Below, one piece after another: positions 1-8,604 of a stretch of 32,000 nucleotides of DNA; the stretch's first letter is position 1; each line of letters begins with the position of its first letter. The notes under the pieces were generated by a model that was given only the letters and a program-made list of their open reading frames with translations, did no database searches and was not told where the DNA came from. The translations under genes were made by a program, and so were the position numbers. Origin of the DNA: Hyperthermus butylicus DSM 5456. GTDB taxonomy: Archaea; Thermoproteota; Thermoprotei_A; Sulfolobales; Pyrodictiaceae. The DNA is taken from assembly GCF_000015145.1 (NCBI RefSeq), contig NC_008818.1:630001-662000 (forward strand). Reading direction: 5' to 3'.

Positions 1-15
1 CTGCTTGGCCACGTG

Positions 16-303
16 CTAGACTACTCTCACCGCTTGTTTCTGCTTGGGGTCGCTCATTATGCCGCCGTATACCAGCATTCTGCGGGCGTAGTCTTCCGGC
101 ACCACGAGGGCTACGACACTGTCTGTGCGGGCGTCGACGATCCTCGATGCTGCCCGTATGGCTTCCTTGGCCTTGGTGTAGCCTCCCCTGCCCATGAAGA
201 CGCTTCTCTGCACCCTGACGAGCCCGAGGGACTGGAGGGTCTTGGCTAGGAGGTCTCGGCGCTTGTTGTCGCTTACGTCGTAGAATACTACTACGTAGGG
301 CAC
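16..303 (-). CDS. cas2: CRISPR-associated endonuclease Cas2
   Basis: 95-aa ORF starting [40 protein letters not shown], the Cas2 N-terminal pattern (VxYDVsddkrR), next to cas4/cas1 and the array. Confidence 0.95.
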
Positions 304-394
304 TCCCAGCCCCTTGTGGTAATACCTTAAAAGCCTGGGGGCTTATCCCTTCCCCCGGGTAGCTCCCAGCAAAACACGTTTAGCCGCGGGAACC

Positions 395-1219
395 GTGGGA
401 GCCATGGTTCTCCCGCGGAGGGTCTGGGACTACATAAGGAGCCTGGGCAGCGAGGGCCCAGTCTACGCCGAGATAAGGGGGTGGAGATTCGATTACGTGG
501 CTCCACGGTACCGGTACCGGCCCAGCGTGAGCGAGGTGGCGAGCTACTGTCCTAGCCACCGGGACGCCTACCTCCAGCACGTCCGGGGCCTCCAGCCCCC
601 TAGGAGCCTGCGGGCCCAGTACGGCGTCCTGGTTCACGAGTTCTTCCTGGAGCCCTTCCGCCTCGTAGACCGTGGCGCTGACAGCCTGGAGGCCCTCACG
701 GCTGGGAAGTACAGGCTGGCCCGGAGGCTGGGGGTCAGGGCTGACCGGTTCCTAGAGAGGGTCTACGAGCTAGGCGCGATACTCGCGCTCCAGTCCCGGG
801 TCGACGGCGACATACCGTTGCGCGTCGAGCCCCCGATACCCGGCGCCCCGGTCGGCCTCAGCGACACTGTGCGCCCCGACCTCCTCGTAGGCTTCATCCC
901 GGTGGAGGTTACGGCTGCCGGGCCCTGGGGTACATACGGCTCCAAGAAGGAGCTCCAATTGGCTGGCTACGCTCTCGCCATAGAGGCCTGGACCGGCATC
1001 CCGGTAGATTACGGGGTCGTGGTCTATGTTACGAGGAGGAGCGATGAGCCCAGGCCGGAGTGGCGTGTCGTTGTCATCGACGATGCGTTGAGGAGGAGCT
1101 TTCTCCGGGAACGCGACGAGGTGGCAATGATAGTTGAGAACCGCGTCGACCCAGGCCCCGCGGGTGAAGGCTGCCCCTCCTGGTGCCCATTCCGTGGTGT
1201 AGAGGGCTGCCCCGGGTGA
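395..1219 (+). CDS. cas4: Csa1/Cas4-family CRISPR-associated exonuclease
   Basis: 274-aa ORF with an N-terminal Cys (SYCPSHRDAYL), central conserved VRPDLLVGFIPVEVT, and C-terminal Cys cluster CPSWCPFRGVEGCPG; directly upstream of cas1. Confidence 0.85.
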   Translation: MGAMVLPRRVWDYIRSLGSEGPVYAEIRGWRFDYVAPRYRYRPSVSEVASYCPSHRDAYLQHVRGLQPPRSLRAQYGVLVHEFFLEPFRLVDRGADSLEALTAGKYRLARRLGVRADRFLERVYELGAILALQSRVDGDIPLRVEPPIPGAPVGLSDTVRPDLLVGFIPVEVTAAGPWGTYGSKKELQLAGYALAIEAWTGIPVDYGVVVYVTRRSDEPRPEWRVVVIDDALRRSFLRERDEVAMIVENRVDPGPAGEGCPSWCPFRGVEGCPG

Positions 1220-1226
1220 GCCCGGG

Positions 1227-2222
1227 GTGCCGGAGGTCCTCCTCGTGGCGACGCCGGGGACACGGATCTACGTGCGCCGGGGGGTGGTCTACGCGGAGGC
1301 GCCCAGCGGCGAGAAGGCAGTTGTCACAGCTGACACGGAGCTAGTAGTGCTGGCTACGGGCTCGGTATCGGTTAGCGGCCGGGCACTGCGCCGCCTAGCG
1401 GAGCTGGGTGTGCGCCTCGTGGTTCTCGGGCAGCGGGGCCAGGTGGTGGCCGAGCACCGCCCGGTGGACAGGGTGAACCGCACCATAGAGGCCCGGATGG
1501 AGCAGTACCGCGTCAAGGCCACGGGGGAGGCACTATACTACGCCGCGGAGATGGTGTACGCGAAGATTGTGAACCAGGCCAAGCTACTGAGATACCTCGC
1601 GAAGAGCAGGAGGGAGCCCTGGCTCCGAGATGCCGGGTACCGAGTAGAGGGCCACGCCGACCGGCTACGCCAGATAATAGAGAACGAGGAGCCCACAACC
1701 CCGGAGGTGATCCGCAGCATAGAAGCCCAGGCAGCCCGGGACTACTGGGACGCGATAGCCCAGATAGCACCCACCCCCTTTCCCGGACGCCAGCCCAGGG
1801 GCGAAGACCACCTCAACATGGCCCTAAGCTACGGCTACGCGATACTCTACAGCATAGCCCACGACGCACTAACAGTGGCGGGCCTAGACCCCTACGCAGG
1901 CTTCCTACACGCAGACCGCAGCGGAAGACCAAGCCTAACATACGACTACGCAGACACCTACAAGCCAATAGCAGTCGATAAGCCACTGCTAACAGCACCG
2001 AGAAAAACGGACTGCCTAGACACATACATGGGAGCACTAACATACAACGCGAGACGCTGCATAGCAACCCTAGTACTCGAAAACATCTACAAAACACCCT
2101 ACCCCGACAGCAGAGGCCGAAAGAAGACACTAAGAGACCACATATACACCTACGCCTGGAACCTAGCAGCCGCAATAAGACAACACAAACCCTACAAACC
2201 CTTCATAGTAGGACGTCTCTAA
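1227..2222 (+). CDS. cas1: CRISPR-associated endonuclease Cas1
   Basis: 331-aa ORF with typical Cas1 features (LVLGQRGQVVAEHR..., KIVNQAKLLRYLAKSRR, MALSYGYAILYSIAHDALTVAGLDPYAGFLHADRSGRPSLTYDYADTYKPIAVDKPLL). Confidence 0.95.
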   Translation: MPEVLLVATPGTRIYVRRGVVYAEAPSGEKAVVTADTELVVLATGSVSVSGRALRRLAELGVRLVVLGQRGQVVAEHRPVDRVNRTIEARMEQYRVKATGEALYYAAEMVYAKIVNQAKLLRYLAKSRREPWLRDAGYRVEGHADRLRQIIENEEPTTPEVIRSIEAQAARDYWDAIAQIAPTPFPGRQPRGEDHLNMALSYGYAILYSIAHDALTVAGLDPYAGFLHADRSGRPSLTYDYADTYKPIAVDKPLLTAPRKTDCLDTYMGALTYNARRCIATLVLENIYKTPYPDSRGRKKTLRDHIYTYAWNLAAAIRQHKPYKPFIVGRL

Positions 2223-2552
2223 CCGGTTCAACTGTTTTTTACAACGCGCATCCTACAGCTAGTTGTTTTGTCCCACTATGTTCTCCTATCCTGTGTTGTG
2301 GGTGTCCATTGCTGTCAGAGTTTCTTGCAATTCTATATATGTCTTCTTGCGAACATACACGTGGCGGAACTGCAAGTGTTCTTGCATTGCTCCATGCAAA
2401 CCCATACAAATCCATGAGAACACATTCCAACCCCAAATCCATAGCCACAAGTACGCCCCCAGGAAACCAAAAGAAATAAAACAGCCACAAAACCGGGAGA
2501 AAAACCCGGACCCCCCAACTCAACAGAGAAACCCCAACACCCCCACAGTGCA
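2223..2552 (+). promoter_or_regulatory. CRISPR leader region
   Basis: Non-coding interval between cas1 stop and first repeat. It is opposite the degenerate-repeat (trailer) end and holds AT-rich tracts (ttctatatat near 2331-2340, aaaagaaataaaa near 2470-2481) and small inverted repeats. Confidence 0.75.
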
Positions 2553-5500
2553 GAACAACTCAAAAGAGAATTGCAAGGCAATCCAGCAGATGGCCCAGCA
2601 ATTCCAGCAGCAGCGAACAACTCAAAAGAGAATTGCAAGTACGCATAAAGAAAGCACTAGCAGAACATCTTGAAGCATTTGCAGGAACAACTCAAAAGAG
2701 AATTGCAAGGGTACAGCCTTGCGAAGTTTTCCTCGGTCGCCAGGGCCTTTTCGAGAACAACTCAAAAGAGAATTGCAAGGCGATGGGCATCCCTGTGCAG
2801 ATTGGCGCCAAGCCAATCAGCATGAACAACTCAAAAGAGAATTGCAAGCCCTTGGCTCCTCGGGAGGCGAGTGCTGCTTCCTGCACAGCTCGGAACAACT
2901 CAAAAGAGAATTGCAAGATGTATTCAACGAGGCCAAACTCCTCAGCCTTCTTTACTTCTCTGAACAACTCAAAAGAGAATTGCAAGCCTACCATGGCGGC
3001 CTCCACCCCACCCCAAACATTGTAGCTATGAACAACTCAAAAGAGAATTGCAGACCTCTCAAGCATTGACACGCCATGACCCGCAAGCGCCATTGGAACA
3101 ACTCAAAAGAGAATTGCAAGTCCATGATGACACCCAGTTATCGTTCACCAACACCACTAGGAACAACTCAAAAGAGAATTGCAAGCGCTCACACGGTCGA
3201 GACCACGCTCTCCTCGATCCACGACACAAGGAGGCGACTCGAACAACTCAAAAGAGAATTGCAAGTCGTCGCTCACCTATCTCTCCATCACGATACGCAA
3301 TCGCCACGTCTATGAACAACTCAAAAGAGAATTGCAAGGCATATGCAGTATGGTAGGCCTTCCTTGTCCCATTTCTCCAGCTCGAACAACTCAAAAGAGA
3401 ATTGCAAGTCCAAGAGCTCTACTTGCCGTCTCTTCAACTCTAGATATTCTGAACAACTCAAAAGAGAATTGCAAGTCTCCGTGAGACGCTTCTCAAGCTC
3501 CTCAGGGTCAACGGTTTTCTGAACAACTCAAAAGAGAATTGCAAGAACTCGCTGGCCATCTCCAATAGCTGCTTGATCTTTTGGAGAACAACTCAAAAGA
3601 GAATTGCAAGTCCCAACAGCGTAGCCGTACCTTCTCGCGTGGTCTATGAAGTGAACAACTCAAAAGAGAATTGCAAGTACATCATATCCTACTTCTCTAC
3701 TCTCACAGTACTCTTCACATTTGAACAACTCAAAAGAGAATTGCAAGTCTCCGCCTGCTCGGCGGCCTGCTCTAGCGCCGCTATGGAACAACTCAAAAGA
3801 GAATTGCAAGCTCATTGCCAAGTCTTGCTTGCTGAACGTGAACTGCTTCGCGAACAACTCAAAAGAGAATTGCAAGTCAATGCTGCTGATGTTGCCGATG
3901 CTTGGCGTCGGCACAAGAACAACTCAAAAGAGAATTGCAAGCCTTGTTTGCAGACTCGACGAACGTCGCGAACACAATCGTGGAACAACTCAAAAGAGAA
4001 TTGCAAGGTGAGTACGCAGACACCAAGGCCGCCAAGGTTTCACCCCACGTGTGAACAACTCAAAAGAGAATTGCAAGTTTCTGGAATCAGGACTCTAAGT
4101 CTCCTTTCCCAAACAAAGAACAACTCAAAAGAGAATTGCAAGTGGGAGCGCACGGGGGGTCTGCGCACACTTTACCAATTCAAGAACAACTCAAAAGAGA
4201 ATTGCAAGACGAAGACGCTGTACGAGCTGCCGCCACCAGGCAACTACACACCAAGAACAACTCAAAAGAGAATTGCAAGCGTCATTGTACTCTTTTCGCT
4301 CAATTATTATTATGTCGTCGGGAACAACTCAAAAGAGAATTGCAAGGTGTTAGTAGTTCTCTCATGGTTTTCAGTGTGTTTACAGCGAACAACTCAAAAG
4401 AGAATTGCAAGATCCGAACTGTGCCAGTTCACATTCCATCATTTTTATAGAGGAACAACTCAAAAGAGAATTGCAAGTCTGCTGGATTGCGGGGACATGC
4501 GGCGCGAGCTCCCTCAGCATCTTGAACAACTCAAAAGAGAATTGCAAGTCCGTTCGTCCTCAGAGCGAACAGCTTCCTTGCGTACGCGAACAACTCAAAA
4601 GAGAATTGCAAGTGGACTGACTTCGATTACAAGCAGCACTACGACAATCTCGAGAACAACTCAAAAGAGAATTGCAAGGTTCTAGCTGCTGACCCCGACA
4701 GCCTCGTCGCTGAGCTTAACCGTGAACAACTCAAAAGAGAATTGCAAGCTGTATGTTTGCCGCAACATATCGCTATCACCTTGGGCGAACAACTCAAAAG
4801 AGAATTGCAAGAGGCATCATCGGCGCGTCAAGGATCACTCCAGCACAGCTCTCCGAGAACAACTCAAAAGAGAATTGCAAGACACCTCCACGCGGTCCGG
4901 TGCAGCCTCCACTTCCCTTTACAATGAACAACTCAAAAGAGAATTGCAAGGGCCGCGTAGACCATGTAGCCTACTGCTAGCGCTACGGCTGGGTACGAAC
5001 AACTCAAAAGAGAATTGCAAGGTTTTTACTCTGCCAGGTGTTAACCTCGAATTCAACTCTCATCTTGAACAACTCAAAAGAGAATTGCAAGTTATCGCAG
5101 CTTGTTTCCTCTTCTTCCGTTTCCTCCTCCGCTTGAACAACTCAAAAGAGAATTGCAAGGCGGTCGCAACCCCATGCGCGTCGTAGTGGGCTATAATGAG
5201 GTCCTGGACAGCGAACAACTCAAAAGAGAATTGCAAGTTTAAATCCGGTTTTCTTTCAATTCCACTTCTGGGTTAAAAAAGAACAACTCAAAAGAGAATT
5301 GCAAGTATACTTGTTATATCTCACCCTGATGTCTAGCATTCTTCCACCTCGGAACAACTCAAAAGAGAATTGCAAGCTGGGGACCTGTGTCTGGAAACCT
5401 CGCTATTATCGCCCCGCCAAGAACAACTCAAAAGAGAATTGCAAGACACCATTTGCAACAATGAGGATGGTGGTTACTAGCGATAGGGATGAACAACTCA

Positions 5501-5859
5501 AAAGAGAATTGCAAGTTGATTATTGCCATGACTGTGAAGGCTAGCTGGCCAACGGCATGGAACAACTCAAAAGAGAATTGCAAGCGCAGGCTCAGGCGTG
5601 GCACGGCATAGAAAACACTTATACTAGGAACAACTCAAAAGAGAATTGCAAGTAGAACAATATATACGGCTCCGTGCCGTCCTTTGGCACCCTCAGCTGA
5701 ACAACTCAAAAGAGAATTGCAAGACGAACGCTTTGTTGACAGAGACCGGTGGGGAGACTGCGGCAACGAGAATAACTTAAAAGAGAATTGCAAGCTACAT
5801 GTCTTACACTCGTAAGACAGCACGTAATACATGTGAATAACTCAAAAGAGAATTGTAAT
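2553..5859 (+). CRISPR. CRISPR array: 49 repeats of 25 bp GAACAACTCAAAAGAGAATTGCAAG and 48 spacers of about 37-55 nt
   Basis: Repeats located by eye from 2553-2577, 2615-2639, 2685-2709 through 5699-5723. The last two (5770-5794 GAATAACTTAAAAGAGAATTGCAAG and 5835-5859 GAATAACTCAAAAGAGAATTGTAAT) are degenerate. One internal repeat at about 3030 ends TTGCAG instead of TTGCAAG. The repeat 3' end ATTGCAAG resembles the archaeal crRNA 5' handle AUUGAAAG. Confidence 0.99.
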
Positions 5860-6146
5860 GTCTCAAGGCTTGTTGCGGTTTTGGCTAGAATGGTAGTCAA
5901 GGATAGATCTTGTGCTGCCAGAAGTCCTCCTTATCCCTGGCTTCTTCTGGTTCCTCGAGGGCTAGGTGGAGTAGTTCGTTGGGGTGCCCGGCTATGAGGC
6001 GGTTGAGCGTCTACATCCTTACCTGTAGGGTGAGCGGCGAGGGAACTGTGTGGTGGCGCTGTACCGTGTGGGGGAGCTTCCGGGGGATGTGTCTTGGAAC
6101 TCGCGTATTATGATCGTATCTTCTCTGTGTTGTTGCAGAATGGCTT

Positions 6147-8069
6147 CTAGGTTGTTCGATGGCCTACAGCAGCTGGTGCGCCTACTACGCCTATGTAGCC
6201 TCCCCTCACCGCGTAGCTAGCCATGACGGCGGCGTGGTCCGCGTAGTAGGGGAGCCTGGCCCGGTACTCCCGCGGCAATGGTAGCTCCTCGGCGGTCTTC
6301 CGGTCGGTGCGCAGGTAGATCTTCGTGTTCGCAAGAGTGGCTATGAGCGGGGAGAGGTCTGACTCTCGGTGGGTGGAGAACACTATCGCTATCCCCCTGC
6401 TTCTGCCGAGCCGTGCAAGCCTCTCAACTGCAGCGGAGAGCATTCGCTCGTACTCCCCGCCTCCCCTCGGGAAGAACAGGTGAGCCTCGTCGACCACGAG
6501 TAGGGCGCGGTGCCCAGCGGTCCTCTCCGCGTATGCCAGCATCGTCCTCAGGAACTGGTAGCCAAGCAGCACCCTTACAGCAGTGGGGCTGGCGGCTCCG
6601 CCTCCAACTGCTTCGCCAGCGTAGGCCAAGTCTAATACTATGGCGCGCACACGGCGCCGCCCCGCTGCCTCGACGAGCTCGCCGTAGGATAGGCTCGGCG
6701 CCTCCCCACCACCGACACGGATGACACCCATGGACTTTAGTATACGGAGCCTCGAAGCGAGGTGGGCCAGCGTCTGCCTGTGCACGCCGAGATCCTTCTC
6801 CGCATTAGCCGGGTTCTCCAGGCGCTTCAAAAGATCCTCTATTGTTCTCGCCTTCAGATTCCTAGCTATGTAGGGTAGGGCCTCGCGGGCACGCTCGGTC
6901 ATGTATGGGTCTATCTGGGCTATCTCCTCGACGCTCCGCAGCACCAGGAGCCTCGGCGCGATGTAGAGGGTCGCCTTGGCCGTCTCACCCTCACATGTCA
7001 CCTTCACGTCTACCGCATACACGGTATCCTCCCCGTCGAGCCTCGCCCTTGAGGCCTCAGCGCTGCAGCCATGACGGCTATACATCGTGGCCACGGCTTC
7101 GCGTAGTCTTTCAGCGTAGTGCTCGGCCGCCCTGTCGGGGCTACAGCGTCCATTGCTGCTGGTGCAAGGTATGGCTACGAGGGAGGCTACATAGCGGCCG
7201 AACACGGGGCTACCGGGCTTTGCATCGATGCCGTAGACTTCTAGCACCCTAGCCGTATCAGCATCCACGAGTCCAGCGGGTATGTAGCCGGGAAGCCCGG
7301 CCGAGACGTAGTCGCCACCGGCATCCAGCACGGCCGCCACCAACTCCCCGTCCATGTTGAGGGCAGCATACATAATGTTCTTGACGAGGCTCGTCTTGCC
7401 ACTCCCCGTGGTCCCCGTTACCAGCACGTGCTTAACCAAGACACTCCACGTCAGCCTAACAGGTATAGCCCTGCCGCCAGCCACGTAAACCCGATCCATC
7501 ACAGCGAGAGCGCCAACTGGTACGCCCTCGCTGTGGGCGAGCAGCGCAGCCAACACGTCGGGATGAGGGATAACCACGGGGGAGCCAGGGTCCGGCGGCG
7601 CCACGGCCGCTACGGGCTGTAGCTTCTCGAGCACGGCGGCTGCCTCGCCGGGATCCCCGGCCTTTACTAGCCGGGCCCTGGCCTCCTCGTCTAGGTGCAC
7701 GGCTAGCATGGGCTCGAGGTGGAGCTTTAGCGGCGACACGTTGGAGAGAACGACCATGCTGTGCGGCTTCTCCAGCGGCACAAAGGTTGTTGGCGCCCGC
7801 TGGGCTTCGAGCAGCGGCTGCCTCTCCACCGCCACGAGCTGTGCTACTATCAGGTTGAATGTTTTCGGGTCGATTACAAGGTAGTAGTAGCCCGTGGAGA
7901 GTATCTCTGGAATCTCGTGGGCTAGCCGAACCCACGCCTCCGGCGGCATATCAACGGTTATCCCCGCCTGGCCCTGCTGCACAGAGACACGGGCAACCAC
8001 CATGCCGCCCTGCAGGCCTAGAGGCGATGCTGCGGCGAGCTTGGCTGCTATCCTCTCCGCCTCCTCCAC
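6147..8069 (-). CDS. HerA-like DNA translocase/ATPase (HerA/FtsK superfamily)
   Basis: 640-aa ORF with Walker A VLVTGTTGSGKTSLVKNIMYAAL, Walker B RALLVVDEAHLFFPRG, and downstream GRSRGIAIVFSTHRESDLSPLIATLANTKIYLRT, as in HerA family proteins. Confidence 0.85.
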   Translation of the reverse strand: MEEAERIAAKLAAASPLGLQGGMVVARVSVQQGQAGITVDMPPEAWVRLAHEIPEILSTGYYYLVIDPKTFNLIVAQLVAVERQPLLEAQRAPTTFVPLEKPHSMVVLSNVSPLKLHLEPMLAVHLDEEARARLVKAGDPGEAAAVLEKLQPVAAVAPPDPGSPVVIPHPDVLAALLAHSEGVPVGALAVMDRVYVAGGRAIPVRLTWSVLVKHVLVTGTTGSGKTSLVKNIMYAALNMDGELVAAVLDAGGDYVSAGLPGYIPAGLVDADTARVLEVYGIDAKPGSPVFGRYVASLVAIPCTSSNGRCSPDRAAEHYAERLREAVATMYSRHGCSAEASRARLDGEDTVYAVDVKVTCEGETAKATLYIAPRLLVLRSVEEIAQIDPYMTERAREALPYIARNLKARTIEDLLKRLENPANAEKDLGVHRQTLAHLASRLRILKSMGVIRVGGGEAPSLSYGELVEAAGRRRVRAIVLDLAYAGEAVGGGAASPTAVRVLLGYQFLRTMLAYAERTAGHRALLVVDEAHLFFPRGGGEYERMLSAAVERLARLGRSRGIAIVFSTHRESDLSPLIATLANTKIYLRTDRKTAEELPLPREYRARLPYYADHAAVMASYAVRGGYIGVVGAPAAVGHRTT

Positions 8070-8145
8070 CCTGCCACGGTAGCTCTGGTGTAGCTCCCTC
8101 TGCCTCTCAATGTAGACGTCCAGGAGACTGGGATCGGGCAGAACC

Positions 8146-8604
8146 CTACACCCCCACAGGCTCCCACGTGGAGACCAGGGTGTCGTAGGTAAACGCTACA
8201 ACTGTTGAGAGGTGTTTTAGCCAGACGCTAGCCTGGAGCCTTGCCACGCGGCGGGAAGCCTCATCTGCTAGCTGCAGCGATGCTGGCAATGGTATGCTGG
8301 CTGTTGGCAGGGTGTGGTTGCCCACGAGCCACTTTATGAGGGAGAGGTCGTGCTCAAGTATAGCGTCTAGATGCCTGGTGTCAATAGTGTACTCGCCGGT
8401 TCCGCTGACCGTTACAAGCTCATTGTAGTCGGGTAGCTCTACGCGGTAAATGAGCCTCGGCATCCCCGGCAAGCTGATGTAGACGTAGTAGATCCTCTTA
8501 ACGGCCACACCTAGCTCGGTGAGCAGCTTGTAGATATCAGCTATGCTCCTGCCATCCCTTACAACCCCCCGGCGGTGGAGGCTCAAGCTTAACTGGCCAT
8601 TCAC
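8146..8604 (-). CDS. Possible C-terminal portion of the NurA-like nuclease encoded upstream
   Basis: 152-aa ORF overlapping the NurA-like ORF end by 4 nt (GTGA). It contains YYVYISLPGMPRLIYRVELP and LPTASIPLPASLQLADEASRRV, resembling the NurA C-terminal part (RvElP ... YPyPL..A..l.r). Confidence 0.45.
   Translation of the reverse strand: MNGQLSLSLHRRGVVRDGRSIADIYKLLTELGVAVKRIYYVYISLPGMPRLIYRVELPDYNELVTVSGTGEYTIDTRHLDAILEHDLSLIKWLVGNHTLPTASIPLPASLQLADEASRRVARLQASVWLKHLSTVVAFTYDTLVSTWEPVGV

Noticed and set aside
3186-3240. Long spacer (55 nt), considered as hiding a degenerate repeat
   Set aside because: Inspected and no repeat-like core found; the 53-nt spacer at 5160-5212 is likewise ordinary. 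Treated as normal length variation.
2633-5544. Long ORFs with repeated peptides NNSKENCK, EQLKRELQ, TTQKRIA (e.g. 3573-4685, 370 aa)
   Set aside because: These are translations of the 25-bp CRISPR repeat in three frames with spacers between; there is no coding signal beyond absence of stops in the repeat.
5910-6113. Plus-strand ORF between array and HerA-like gene
   Set aside because: Composition and sequence (MCCQKSSLSLASSGSSRARWSSS...) look like a random GC-rich frame with no recognisable motif.
7456-7935. 159-aa minus-strand ORF inside the HerA-like gene
   Set aside because: Out-of-frame shadow ORF, Arg/Ser/Gly-rich, fully overlapped by a motif-bearing coding frame.
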